Assembly: GCA_031416075.1 (NCBI GenBank) | Contig: JANOSY010000091.1 | Coordinates: 32,001-96,000 of the forward strand | Source: Candidatus Tenderia sp. | GTDB lineage: Bacteria; Pseudomonadota; Gammaproteobacteria; Tenderiales; Tenderiaceae | Reading direction: 5' to 3' | DNA: 64,000 nucleotides | Shown here: positions 1 through 9,760 of the stretch, piece by piece | How the letters are laid out: every line of letters starts with the position of its first letter | Position numbering within the stretch: position 1 is the first letter of the stretch | Notes under the pieces: generated by a model | What the model saw: only the letters and a program-made list of their open reading frames with translations | Database searches by the model: none | Told to the model about the DNA's origin: nothing | Program-made: the position numbers and the translations under genes

Positions 1-1
1 C

Positions 2-550
2 CTCAACACCCTCTGTATAGGTACCCACTCCCCAACCAGAGGAGGATGTTGTCAGATAAAAGTCGTGCTGAACCCCAGTATCAACAATAAATTTATACTT
101 TTCGCCACGAATCACCGCCAGCTCTTTACCTTCAACACCATTCACCATAAAACCAACATCCTGGCCATGACCAAACTCAGGGTGAGCGCGAGATTTACGC
201 TCAGCCATTACCAGAAACGTATTTGGATCAGTGGGAATTTTATGCGCTGTTTTATTGACAGGGACTGGGGCAGCCACTAGCGCTGGCGCGTTCTCTCGGG
301 CCGGAGCAGAAGCCACAACCTGCGCGGGAAGTGCCTCAACTTTACTTTCCATTGGAGCCGCCTCCACCGCCTTAATCGGTGCCGGTGCCACCACAGTCGC
401 TTCCTTTACAGGCTGCTCAACCGCTACCGCTGACATACTTTTACCAGACTCAACTCCTGACACACTGTCTGCCTGCTTTTCCGGGGTAGAACCACACCCA
501 GCCAGCACCGCCACAACCGCCAAAGACAATAGTTTATTTCCTGATTCCAT
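2..550 (-). CDS. Lipoprotein with Ala/Pro-rich linker and a cupredoxin-like C-terminal domain (partial, runs off window start)
   Basis: Manually translated, not in ORF track: MESGNKLLSLAVVAVLAGC (lipobox) ... GKELAVIRGEKYKFIVDTGVQHDFYLTT; GGGAGAG SD upstream. Confidence 0.6.
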   Translation of the reverse strand, partial: MESGNKLLSLAVVAVLAGCGSTPEKQADSVSGVESGKSMSAVAVEQPVKEATVVAPAPIKAVEAAPMESKVEALPAQVVASAPARENAPALVAAPVPVNKTAHKIPTDPNTFLVMAERKSRAHPEFGHGQDVGFMVNGVEGKELAVIRGEKYKFIVDTGVQHDFYLTTSSSGWGVGTYTEGVE

Positions 551-631
551 TATCAACTCTCCCTACCGCGTCTGTTAACCTCACCAGACCATTGCTACTC
601 AACAGCCCGGAGCTTTTTCAATCTCTAGTAT

Positions 632-655
632 AAAGAAGGCCGCCCGGAGGCGGCC
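632..655 (-). terminator. Rho-independent terminator after the cytochrome cluster
   Basis: GGCCGCC-N4-GGCGGCC stem followed by TTCTTT on the minus strand. Confidence 0.6.
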
Positions 656-682
656 ATCTCATCACTTCAAGAAACTTAACGG

Positions 683-1423
683 TTATCTCCAAGGATTCTT
701 GAGAGTTGCATCACTCAATGGAGGCTGCCAATTAGCAGGCTTTGGCTTAGAGTGGCACTTCTTACATGACTTGGTAGTGATCGGGAAGGATACTTTACCG
801 TGACATACACCACACTTTTGGCCCAGCAGAATGGCAGACATATTGATCTGATTTGCCCCTTTCTGTGGAATGAAGATCGCTGGATGACAGTTTTGGCACG
901 CCAACCACTCAGTATGCTGACGATGCGGGAAAACCACATCAGGCACTGAAGCCTTCACTTCACGCACAATATCTAGATCCATGACAAAAGGCTCTTCACT
1001 TGAATCAACCCGATCCCAACGTGGAGCAAGCGTTTTCTCATCAATAGCCTTTACCCAGTCAACATAGTTACCAAACTCCGTCACTGGCAAACCTTTGTAC
1101 GCTTCAATCGGCGCCTGGAGCACAAACGTTCCTTCGTTTTCGGTGTCATGAATACCATCTTCTGGGGGTGGCGCGTTTTTCATCTTATCCACTTTTAAGT
1201 TACGGTTAAAAGTGTTCACGCCAGCCACCTGTGCCACATGCAGCACCTGCTGCTCAGACGGAGCAACCTCATCCACAGGTGTGTAGTCAGGTGCATAACT
1301 CAAAGACTTTGCTGCCACACCACCAGAGTGAATCTCCACATACCCCTGCGAACAAGCAGGGCCAGCAACAGCCAATGTCAACGCAAAGGACAACAACATA
1401 CTTTTGCTACGCAATTTCATCAT
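683..1423 (-). CDS. Periplasmic triheme cytochrome c (c7-like domain) with N-terminal extension
   Basis: Signal peptide; CQNCH, CGVCH, CKKCH; VVFPH..H motif typical of c7-like cytochromes. Confidence 0.85.
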   Translation of the reverse strand: MMKLRSKSMLLSFALTLAVAGPACSQGYVEIHSGGVAAKSLSYAPDYTPVDEVAPSEQQVLHVAQVAGVNTFNRNLKVDKMKNAPPPEDGIHDTENEGTFVLQAPIEAYKGLPVTEFGNYVDWVKAIDEKTLAPRWDRVDSSEEPFVMDLDIVREVKASVPDVVFPHRQHTEWLACQNCHPAIFIPQKGANQINMSAILLGQKCGVCHGKVSFPITTKSCKKCHSKPKPANWQPPLSDATLKNPWR

Positions 1424-1435
1424 TGATTCCCTCCC

Positions 1436-1864
1436 TTATTTCTTCTGTTCTACGGGCTTGTAGGCTGGCGCAATCAAACGCTGAACCGTACTGCCGTGGA
1501 AGTGAGTGGGAGTCCCCGGAATTCCTGAGTGACACATAGCGCAGTTTTCAACCGACCAAGCAATTTCACCATTGTGGCAAGCACCGCAGAACTTACCATC
1601 AATAATTTTTGCCATCGTGATCTTGTTACCGCCGGCTTTAAACTCAAAACCAAGATCAGCATGACAAACCTTGCATCTAAAACGTATACGATGAAACCAG
1701 TGCGGGAACACTACCGGTCGAATTCCGGCCGCATCAGCATAGTTGTTGATAACCACATCTGCATACTCTGCATGTGCCGCCTGTGGCAACAGGAACGCGG
1801 ATACCCACGCTGCCGCCCCAAGCAGAACATACTTCCACTTACTATGCTTGATCTTGCTAGACAT
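1436..1864 (-). CDS. Periplasmic triheme cytochrome c (c7-like)
   Basis: Signal peptide; CKVCH, CGACH, CAMCH; VVFPHWFHR. Confidence 0.88.
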   Translation of the reverse strand: MSSKIKHSKWKYVLLGAAAWVSAFLLPQAAHAEYADVVINNYADAAGIRPVVFPHWFHRIRFRCKVCHADLGFEFKAGGNKITMAKIIDGKFCGACHNGEIAWSVENCAMCHSGIPGTPTHFHGSTVQRLIAPAYKPVEQKK

Positions 1865-1931
1865 AGTGAACGCTCTCCTCGACTAGTATTAAATGAAATT
1901 TGAAACATTATATTATTATGAGCATGTCCGT

Positions 1932-3704
1932 TTAAAAACGGCGCATAACTCTGAAGTATACCAGATCATAGTTGCGCATGTCAGTCTGAGTCAATCGATA
2001 ACTCATGCTGGTATCGAGCTTACCTATGCTGTAAGTCACTCGATTATCCCAGTCTTGTCTGTCAATAGCCCCTTCCGTTGATATTCTGGAGACCATGTAA
2101 TCAGAGACAAATCCCAATCGTGGCACCCCCAGAAGCTGGGAGTGGGAGAAAAAAACCCGCGCTGTTGATGTTGTTGTATCGGTCTCACTCACGCCCCCCA
2201 GCCCATTATCAAACTCACTACCGACATATTGCAACGTCAAATCCCCGGTAATCGAGCTGCGCCGCCCCAAATCCTGACCACGACTCAACTGGACATGCAT
2301 CATCTGCTGCACCTCCGTACCCCCCAACTCCCTCGAATCGGAGAGCGTCAGCAGGGCAAGCGTGTCCCCACCCCACACCCGCTGATTAAATGAGATAGTC
2401 GCAGAATTATCAAAATATCGTCCCGCGTCCTTGGCGTTGATGGCCCCACTGTCCTGATATCGTAACGCCTCATTAACACTGAACCGCACTGACGTGGGAG
2501 ACGTCAACTCTCCCAGCCACCAAGTGCTGCTCAAATTATGGCCCGCCATGGACTGAATATCACCATAGCTGTCATCAGGCTCCGCTACACGATCAAGCCC
2601 CGCGCTTGCATACGCCTGATACATAAACCCTTTTATCTCATACCAGTCGGTCTGATACATGGTGGCAACGTGCTGGCGATGAAACCCCTGCTGCAGATCC
2701 GCCGTCTTCCTGAAGGTTGAGGTTAAGCTGGCATCAAAACGAAGGTTGTTGTTATAAAAATAGAAGGCACCGGCGTTCATAGCTGTCTGCATCTGATCAT
2801 TAGCCGCCACACCCCCTTGAGCACCATCCATGGTCAATACCCGCAACCCGCCACTCACCGACAGCGGCGACGCCTCTGGCCGCCAAAAGAGAAAACTCGA
2901 CGCCTGGGCAATACTGGTTGTGGTCAGTCGTGTATCGCTGCTGCTGGGATCCAGAAAAGAGCGATCGGTATCATAGAGACTGGCCCGACTATCCACCCGC
3001 AAGCCCCGCACCGGGTAGTAGTAATCATTTAACTCAAGGATCGTATTTTTGTTAGTCCGCTCAACCAGTGAGTGTTCGTTGGTCTGATAACTGGCACGGG
3101 CAATAAAATGGTTTTTTGGCATTCGCAAATCGGCCTCAGCACCAATCAGCGTATCGTCATAACCACCGCCCGGCTGGGAGTCCCAGCTTCGCAGATCAAT
3201 ACGTGCCTGGTACCGGCCACCATTGCCGGTAATATAAGATTGGCGCAAACCCAAATAACTGGATGAGTAGTCCTGCCCAACAAAGGTAATAGGGACCTCC
3301 CCCGTGCCCGCACGATCAATGCGACTATCCGAGCGCTGATATTGCAGGCTGAAAGGGGTTTTGCTATCCGGAATAATGGACAGCGTCCAATCCCCTGTCA
3401 CCAGCTGTGCATCAGCAGTTGCTGCCGAAACATCCCCATCACTCTTTGAGGCATCACTCGCAAAACTTAGGGAGAGACGACTGGTCGCCAACCACGGCTC
3501 CCAAAAATAGTTATTTGCATTCAAATTTGCCAACAGCTGATGGCTACTATCTTCACGTCCCCCGCTCTCACTTAGTGAGCGATAGCTGTACCCAATCGCA
3601 CCCGACAGATCAACCGGACCGACCACGGGCGCAGCCACGCCTGCCCCGGCCACGACCAAACAGGCGGCAATAGCAAACCGAGCCGACTTATGACGACTGT
3701 TCAT
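1932..3704 (-). CDS. Large outer-membrane beta-barrel protein (porin of a porin-cytochrome conduit)
   Basis: Signal peptide from MNSRHK; amphipathic Ser/Thr/Tyr-rich beta-strand pattern; C-terminal Phe (YFRVMRRF). Confidence 0.72.
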   Translation of the reverse strand: MNSRHKSARFAIAACLVVAGAGVAAPVVGPVDLSGAIGYSYRSLSESGGREDSSHQLLANLNANNYFWEPWLATSRLSLSFASDASKSDGDVSAATADAQLVTGDWTLSIIPDSKTPFSLQYQRSDSRIDRAGTGEVPITFVGQDYSSSYLGLRQSYITGNGGRYQARIDLRSWDSQPGGGYDDTLIGAEADLRMPKNHFIARASYQTNEHSLVERTNKNTILELNDYYYPVRGLRVDSRASLYDTDRSFLDPSSSDTRLTTTSIAQASSFLFWRPEASPLSVSGGLRVLTMDGAQGGVAANDQMQTAMNAGAFYFYNNNLRFDASLTSTFRKTADLQQGFHRQHVATMYQTDWYEIKGFMYQAYASAGLDRVAEPDDSYGDIQSMAGHNLSSTWWLGELTSPTSVRFSVNEALRYQDSGAINAKDAGRYFDNSATISFNQRVWGGDTLALLTLSDSRELGGTEVQQMMHVQLSRGQDLGRRSSITGDLTLQYVGSEFDNGLGGVSETDTTTSTARVFFSHSQLLGVPRLGFVSDYMVSRISTEGAIDRQDWDNRVTYSIGKLDTSMSYRLTQTDMRNYDLVYFRVMRRF

Positions 3705-3735
3705 ACACGCCGCCCAGACACTCCCCAATGCCCAA

Positions 3736-4743
3736 TTATCGTTTTGTTGCCTCAGCATCCACCCAAATCTTTTTTGTTGTTATAGCTTTATCGTAGATTT
3801 CAAGCCGCGCATTAGCGCGCACTGTCTGCAACACCTCCCTCCAGGCATCATCAGACAACTCCCTTTGCAACAATCCAATGGCACGTGCACTCACGCGCTC
3901 AAACGGATTGACAACCTCTGGCTGACGCTCCAGCAACTTAAATAGCGCAAACCCCTGCAACAAGCCAACGGGCGCGGAGACCTCACCAACCTTCAGCATA
4001 TCCACCACCGCCTGCGCCTCCAGCGCCAACATCCCCCGATGTACAAATCCCAGATCACCGCCCTGTTCCGCCGACGCGTCGCTGGAATGGACCAGCGCCA
4101 ACTCCGCAAAATCGGCACCCGCAGCCAATTTCTGCCGCAAACGCAACGCCTCCTGCTCCGCAGCCTTCCAGCTCTCAGTGGAAGCCGAAGGCGAAACCTT
4201 TAATAAAATCAATGCCAAATGCACACGTGCAGGTGTCGTAAACTTATCCAGATGCTGAGCATAATAACCACGCGCATCCCGCTCTGAAGGCCCCTCAACT
4301 GCCCGCACCCGCTTCTCCAGCACCTGCAGCAGCAACCGCTCAGCCACCACACCACGCAACATCTGCTCCAGATGTCGCGCCTGCTGCTCCGTCACCGACT
4401 GCTGACGATAACGGCCAAGTTCATGCTCAACCTGCTTATCAACCGCTGATGGCTCCACTTTCACACCCTGGCGCAACGCCTCATGCCGCAACAATACCCT
4501 GTCAATCAACTCTCCGGCGACCTGATGTCGCAGCTCAGAGAGTCCGGCATCATCAACACGCCCATGATAGAACCGCTGCCGCAAGGCCACACTCACCGCC
4601 GTCTCATATTCCACCTGGGTAATCGACTCATCTGCCACTTTAGCAAAGATGGCCGCTGACGGCTCAGCATTAACTACCCTTCCCCACAGGCACAGAACAA
4701 CAACCCCAACCAGCCAACGACTCACCACATATCGCCCAATCAC
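3736..4743 (-). CDS. Parvulin/PpiC-type peptidyl-prolyl isomerase (SurA-like)
   Basis: VHLALIL...GADFAELALVHSSD.SAEQGGDLG rotamase motif; start overlaps the upstream stop. Confidence 0.88.
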   Translation of the reverse strand: MIGRYVVSRWLVGVVVLCLWGRVVNAEPSAAIFAKVADESITQVEYETAVSVALRQRFYHGRVDDAGLSELRHQVAGELIDRVLLRHEALRQGVKVEPSAVDKQVEHELGRYRQQSVTEQQARHLEQMLRGVVAERLLLQVLEKRVRAVEGPSERDARGYYAQHLDKFTTPARVHLALILLKVSPSASTESWKAAEQEALRLRQKLAAGADFAELALVHSSDASAEQGGDLGFVHRGMLALEAQAVVDMLKVGEVSAPVGLLQGFALFKLLERQPEVVNPFERVSARAIGLLQRELSDDAWREVLQTVRANARLEIYDKAITTKKIWVDAEATKR

Positions 4744-5555
4744 TTGTTATGACAGGTCAGACAGACCTGACTACCGGCAGGGTCAATACGCAAAAAGGTT
4801 GGGTTATAGTCCACATGGGGATCGTGGCAAGAGGCGCACTCCACATAAGGTTGAGGCTCACCCACAAAACCACCCACTGTCGCCGTGCGGGCATACAACT
4901 TCATGTCTGTACGCTCAAAACTGGCCGTACCGCCCGCTGTATTTACCCACCAGTTACGACTCACCCCTGAAATCTCCGATGAGGCTGGATGGAAGTCTTT
5001 ATCGTAACCAGGGCCCGCAGGGTTTGAGAGTGCATACCCACCGCCCGCATACTGGATTCCAACAGGGTGGTCATTGGTCAGATCCTTACCTAAATTAGTC
5101 ACCACTGTTGGTGAACCGATACGCCCGCCCACCGCTGCCGCCTGACCGCTCCACAATCCACGGGAAAACCCAGGCACATCACGCCCCGAACCCGGCTCAT
5201 TCAACACCGAATCCATCGCCTGAGTACCGTCATGGCACGACAAACAAGCCAACGACACAGACCCCACCGGCTCCACCCCCGCATCAAGCGTTGTTGTCCC
5301 CATCTGGTCATAGGTAGCAAAACCACGGGGATCGATATTACGATTCCACAACGGCGCATCTGCCGCACCATCACCACCATGGGGGGTATGGCAAAAAACA
5401 CAAACCTCACGAGTACCATCAAAGGTACTCGCAGCATTTAAACCGGTAGCACCCAAATTATGTTTGCTGTTGAAAACCCCGGCCTGGGTGCCAGCAGTGA
5501 TCAAAACCAGCAGCCCTCCCGCCAGGACCGCCATCTGTCGGCGATTAATTATCAT
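4740..5555 (-). CDS. Tetraheme cytochrome c (doubled-CXXCH type)
   Basis: Signal peptide MIINRR..TQA; SKHNL; CVFCHTPH, CLSCHDG, DLTNDHPVG, CASCHDPH, CLTCH. Confidence 0.88.
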   Translation of the reverse strand: MIINRRQMAVLAGGLLVLITAGTQAGVFNSKHNLGATGLNAASTFDGTREVCVFCHTPHGGDGAADAPLWNRNIDPRGFATYDQMGTTTLDAGVEPVGSVSLACLSCHDGTQAMDSVLNEPGSGRDVPGFSRGLWSGQAAAVGGRIGSPTVVTNLGKDLTNDHPVGIQYAGGGYALSNPAGPGYDKDFHPASSEISGVSRNWWVNTAGGTASFERTDMKLYARTATVGGFVGEPQPYVECASCHDPHVDYNPTFLRIDPAGSQVCLTCHNK

Positions 5556-5635
5556 CAACGCACTTCTCCACGTATTACGGTTTTCTAACATGCCCTTAAC
5601 GATACTGTCAAACAACAGCGCTATTTATTCACTAC

Positions 5636-5668
5636 AAAAAAAACGGGCACCCAAAGGCACCCGTTTTT
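5636..5668 (-). terminator. Rho-independent terminator after porin
   Basis: CGGGTGCC/GGTGCCCG stem plus T8. Confidence 0.75.
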
Positions 5669-5690
5669 ATTCATCAAGCTTCTACCGCTA

Positions 5691-6761
5691 TTACATAGAA
5701 GAAAACTTCATGTTGATACCTACAGCTACAGCTGAGGCCGCACCGCCATTTACACCAGCCGCACCGACACCGCTGACCAAGTCGTAAGAGTCGGAATTGT
5801 CACTATCGATCTTGCTATAAATGCCATAAACCTCAGTCTTGTCAGACAGTGCTTTATTAACACCTACCGCAAAGAACATGGCGCCAGTGTCAGAACTATT
5901 GCCCACATCGCCTTTCTGACCAATGGCCAGATTTGCAGTCATGCCGTTACCCAGGCCATGGCTACCGCTAACATAGACATTGGACTGGTCATTGCTATTG
6001 CCACCCATGTCAACATTTTCATACACAAAACCTACTTTAGTTGCCGCATTCAGCGCGTAACCAAGACCCAGCTTAACTGCGGTTGTGTCATCAAATTTGG
6101 AACCTGCCATCACAGCAGAGCCTTCATTCATCTGCTGATAGGCAAGGCTGGCATCCAACGGCCCTTGCTTGTACATACCTGCCAAACTGATAGCCCCCTG
6201 TTTACGGGCAACCGTTGCTGATGTTGTGATGGTATCGGCTAGATTATCATCCACGTAATCGGTCACAATCGCCGCCGCCACTGAAAAACCACTCATGTCT
6301 GGTGAAAGATAGGCCAAGACGTTTTTAGAACGGGCATCTTGATTAGAATCAATCACAGAGTTGTAGTCACCGTGGGTATCGACAAATGGGTCCAGGCTAC
6401 CGGTAGCCATTTTGTACGGGGTATCGTGCGTTCCCAGTACTACAGTACCAAAGTTACCACCCAAACCAACAAAGGTGTTACGCACGCCCAAAGTGCTGCT
6501 TCCATCGGTATAGTCAACACTGCGCTCAATCTGCCACATGGCCTTCATGCCACCACCCAGATCTTCAGACCCTTTAAATCCCAGACGTGAGGCATGACTG
6601 GTGATGCTCAGCTTGCTGTCTTCCTTAGCTGGGTTTGGATCATCATTGCTGATGAGACCTGCTGACAGACGGGCCTTACCGTATACTTCAACGCCAGCCT
6701 GTGCCGCCATAGGAGCGGCCAATATTCCCGCTACCGCCAAAGCTACAATTTTTTTCTGCAT
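5691..6761 (-). CDS. Gram-negative trimeric porin
   Basis: MQKKIVALAVA signal; VEVYG; SRLGFKGSEDLGGG.KA.WQIE; RNTFVGL.GNFG. Confidence 0.93.
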   Translation of the reverse strand: MQKKIVALAVAGILAAPMAAQAGVEVYGKARLSAGLISNDDPNPAKEDSKLSITSHASRLGFKGSEDLGGGMKAMWQIERSVDYTDGSSTLGVRNTFVGLGGNFGTVVLGTHDTPYKMATGSLDPFVDTHGDYNSVIDSNQDARSKNVLAYLSPDMSGFSVAAAIVTDYVDDNLADTITTSATVARKQGAISLAGMYKQGPLDASLAYQQMNEGSAVMAGSKFDDTTAVKLGLGYALNAATKVGFVYENVDMGGNSNDQSNVYVSGSHGLGNGMTANLAIGQKGDVGNSSDTGAMFFAVGVNKALSDKTEVYGIYSKIDSDNSDSYDLVSGVGAAGVNGGAASAVAVGINMKFSSM

Positions 6762-6839
6762 TACAAATATCCTCCCAAAATATGTGGCACAAGCGCCACA
6801 AGCGATGAAAAAACTACACTACAAATGTAGCTTGGTCAA

Positions 6840-6866
6840 CTGTCGGCTGAAATTACAGATACTTTA
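6840..6866 (-). promoter_or_regulatory. sigma28 (FliA)-like promoter for the porin
   Basis: TAAA-gtatctgtaatttca(15)-GCCGACAG, ~80 nt upstream of ATG. Confidence 0.55.
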
Positions 6867-6904
6867 GGGGCTATTTACACTTTTTTTCACCCGCCCAGAC
6901 AAAC

Positions 6905-6943
6905 AAAAAGCCCCGCTACTCTATTGAATAGCGGGGCTTTTTT
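6905..6943 (-). terminator. Terminator after tRNA-Gln
   Basis: AAAAAGCCCCGCTA...TAGCGGGGCTTTTT hairpin. Confidence 0.8.
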
Positions 6944-6949
6944 AAAATT

Positions 6950-7023
6950 TGGCTGGGGAACTAGGATTCGAACCTAGATTGACGGAGTCAGAGTCCGTAG
7001 TCCTACCATTGGACGATCCCCCA
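6950..7023 (-). tRNA. tRNA-Gln(CTG)
   Basis: Reverse complement TGGGGGATCGTCCAATGGTAGGAC..CTCTGAC..GGTTCGAATCC..CCCAGCCA; 74 nt with encoded CCA. Confidence 0.95.
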
Positions 7024-7140
7024 ATAACAACACACTACCTGCCGATGATTTGCTACACCACATCCGCAGAGAACACACAAGGTAAAAATGCCGACGCATA
7101 TTGAATATGCCCCGGCACTTTAACCGATCCAAGCCGGTGA

Positions 7141-7533
7141 TTAACGCTTGGAGAACTGTGGACGTTTACGTGCTTTGTGCAGACCGATCTTCTTACGCTC
7201 AACTTCACGAGCGTCACGAGTCAGGTAGCCTGAACGGCGCATAACAGAGCGAAGCTCTTCATCCCGAACCACCAGGGCGCGTGCCAGACCGTGGCGGATA
7301 GCACCCGCCTGACCACTTGCGCCACCACCGACAACAGTCACAAAAACGTCAAGCTTGTCAGACAGCTCGGCGGCTTCCAACGGCTGGCGCACGATCATGC
7401 GCGCTGTTTCACGGGCAAAGTATTTTTCAATACTGAGCGCGTTAACGGTGATATTGCCAGTACCTGGCTTAACAAACACACGTGCCGATGCGGTTTTGCG
7501 GCGGCCGGTGCTGAGTTGATTCATCTCTGCCAT
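7141..7533 (-). CDS. rpsI: 30S ribosomal protein S9
   Basis: [11 protein letters not shown]; [14 protein letters not shown]; [10 protein letters not shown]. Confidence 0.98.
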   Translation of the reverse strand: MAEMNQLSTGRRKTASARVFVKPGTGNITVNALSIEKYFARETARMIVRQPLEAAELSDKLDVFVTVVGGGASGQAGAIRHGLARALVVRDEELRSVMRRSGYLTRDAREVERKKIGLHKARKRPQFSKR

Positions 7534-7559
7534 GCTTCAGATTCCTGTTGCTCTATTTT

Positions 7560-7988
7560 TTAAATTTCCAGCGGCTTTGGCTGCTGGGCAGTGTGATTGT
7601 GCTCGGCACCGGCATAAAGCTTGAGCTTACGCAGCATTGCACGGCCCAGAGGATTCTTTGGCAACATGCCTTTAACAGCCAGCTGAAGAATCTGTTCAGG
7701 TTTTTTGACAACCAGCTTTTCAAAGCTAATGGACTTCAAGTTACCAACATAACCAGTGTGATGATAATACATTTTGTCGGTACGCTTGTTGCCTGTTACT
7801 GCAATCTTTTCAACGTTGACCACTACGATGTAGTCGCCCGTATCAACATGTGGTGTATATTCGGCTTTGTGCTTACCGCGCAAGCGGCTCGCAATTTCAC
7901 TGGCCAAACGGCCAAGAGTTTTGCCATCGGCGTCAACAATAAACCAGTCGCGCTTGACGGTGGCAGGTTTTGCACTAAACGTTTTCAT
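7560..7988 (-). CDS. rplM: 50S ribosomal protein L13
   Basis: [17 protein letters not shown]; [17 protein letters not shown]. Confidence 0.98.
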   Translation of the reverse strand: MKTFSAKPATVKRDWFIVDADGKTLGRLASEIASRLRGKHKAEYTPHVDTGDYIVVVNVEKIAVTGNKRTDKMYYHHTGYVGNLKSISFEKLVVKKPEQILQLAVKGMLPKNPLGRAMLRKLKLYAGAEHNHTAQQPKPLEI

Positions 7989-8086
7989 CAGGTAAACCCC
8001 AAATCTTTGGATCACTTCCAGAAAGACGGCGAATCTTACACGAGCGCCGCGTATCAGACAAGTCCCAAAATAAGATAATCGGACGG

Positions 8087-8395
8087 CTAAATCTTTAAGC
8101 GCGCCACTGGCCGGCCATTGACCATATGTTCGTCGATAATTTCATCAACGTCCTCCTGGTCCACATAGGTGTACCAAGTTTCGTCCGGGTAAACTACCAC
8201 TACTGGCCCTTCACTACAACGGTCAAGACAGCCTGCGCCATTAATCCGCACCCCCCCTTGGCCATTTAGCCCCATTGCTTTGATGCGCTGTTTGGCGTGT
8301 TCGCGCATCGCCTGGGCGTTATGGTTCTGGCAACAGGCGGAGCCATCTTCACGCTGGTTGGTGCAAAAAAAGAGGTGATGTTTAAAGTAGGACAT
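8087..8395 (-). CDS. Thioredoxin-like [2Fe-2S] ferredoxin
   Basis: [11 protein letters not shown]; [19 protein letters not shown]. Confidence 0.9.
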   Translation of the reverse strand: MSYFKHHLFFCTNQREDGSACCQNHNAQAMREHAKQRIKAMGLNGQGGVRINGAGCLDRCSEGPVVVVYPDETWYTYVDQEDVDEIIDEHMVNGRPVARLKI

Positions 8396-8506
8396 AGACG
8401 CTCCATGACACCCTATGGGTGTATCCGTTGCCGCACTCATAGGGGAGGTGCGAAAGGGGCTATAATAGCCAAATCATACCCACTATGTGCAACCATCGGA
8501 TCTGTA

Positions 8507-9730
8507 TTGAACATTGATTCTAAAATTAAGGATGAGGCTGATCGCTGTGTCATGTGTGGTCTATGCCTGCCGCACTGCCCCACTTATTATAAGACCCAGA
8601 ATGAGGCCGAGTCACCACGTGGCCGTATCTCACTGATTCTGGCACTGGCCAACAACCAGTTGGAGGCCGATGAGGCGCTCCGTGGCCATCTGGATAGCTG
8701 TCTGCTCTGTCGTGCCTGCGAGTCCAAGTGCCCGTCCGGGGTTCAGTTTGGCGAGATTATGGATGGTGCACGCAATACAATCGCCCAATCCCACCCCCGC
8801 CTACCACAACGCATTAACTTTGCGGCCCTCGCCGCCAGCAAGGGTGCTCAGCGCCGCCAGTCGGCGCTGTTATGGCTGGCGGACAAGAGCGGCCTGCGGG
8901 CACTGGGGCGTGGTTTTGGCGTGACGCGGGCGCTGGGGCTGGAGCGCCTTGAACAGCTTGCCCCCCGCATCAATCGGCCACACGGTTGGCACCACTACTA
9001 TCCGGCCGAAGGTGTCCATCAGGGCGATGTTGGGCTATTTATCGGCTGTTTTAGCGACATGTTCGATCAGGCTACCCTGGAGTCAGCCATCGCTGTACTG
9101 AACCTGTGTGGCTATGGGGTTTACGTGCCCAACAGCCAAGCCTGCTGCGGCGCACTGCACCAGCACAGTGGCGATACGGCACAAGCCCTGCGTCTGGCTG
9201 AGCAGAATCTGGCCACTTTTGGCGCACTGGATATTGTGGCTGTCATCAGCTGCGCCACGGGCTGCGGCAGCCATCTGCAGGAGTATGAGCGGCTGGTGGG
9301 CACAAAGATAAACAGCTGCGATATCAATACCTTTCTTGATCAGATTCAATGGCCTGCCGGTGTAAAGATTGCCCCCTTCAACGGACGTATTGCCGTGCAT
9401 GAGCCGTGCAGTTTACGCAACGTGCTCAAGGAAGCCGCCCCTCTTTATCACCTGTTAAAACGCATTCCAGCCGCCGAGATCGTGGCGCTGCCCGGTAACG
9501 AGCGCTGCTGCGGTGCGGCGGGCAGCTATATGGTTGAGCAGCCAGCGATGGCGGACGCACTGCGCCAGGACAAACTTGACGGGATTGAAGCCAGTCTCCC
9601 CAGCATACTGGTGACAACCAACATCGGCTGTGCCCTGCACATTGCCGCCGGGTTGCGCCAGTCGGGCCAGGGCCTTGAAACACTACACCCCGTTACATTA
9701 CTGCGACGCCAACTGGAGATGCCCTTGTAG
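8507..9730 (+). CDS. Fe-S oxidoreductase, GlcF-like (2x[4Fe-4S] plus two CCG domains)
   Basis: CVMCGLCLPHCP, CLLCRACESKCP, CCGAL, HEPC, CCGAAGSY, NIGC; start probably TTG 8507 rather than 8297. Confidence 0.85.
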   Translation: MNIDSKIKDEADRCVMCGLCLPHCPTYYKTQNEAESPRGRISLILALANNQLEADEALRGHLDSCLLCRACESKCPSGVQFGEIMDGARNTIAQSHPRLPQRINFAALAASKGAQRRQSALLWLADKSGLRALGRGFGVTRALGLERLEQLAPRINRPHGWHHYYPAEGVHQGDVGLFIGCFSDMFDQATLESAIAVLNLCGYGVYVPNSQACCGALHQHSGDTAQALRLAEQNLATFGALDIVAVISCATGCGSHLQEYERLVGTKINSCDINTFLDQIQWPAGVKIAPFNGRIAVHEPCSLRNVLKEAAPLYHLLKRIPAAEIVALPGNERCCGAAGSYMVEQPAMADALRQDKLDGIEASLPSILVTTNIGCALHIAAGLRQSGQGLETLHPVTLLRRQLEMPL

Positions 9731-9760
9731 CCCCCACCGCCATCGGGTATCGTTACCCGG

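Noticed and set aside
6950-7023. tRNA-Gln as integration site for the cytochrome cluster
   Set aside because: No integrase and no duplicated tRNA 3' end seen in the window.
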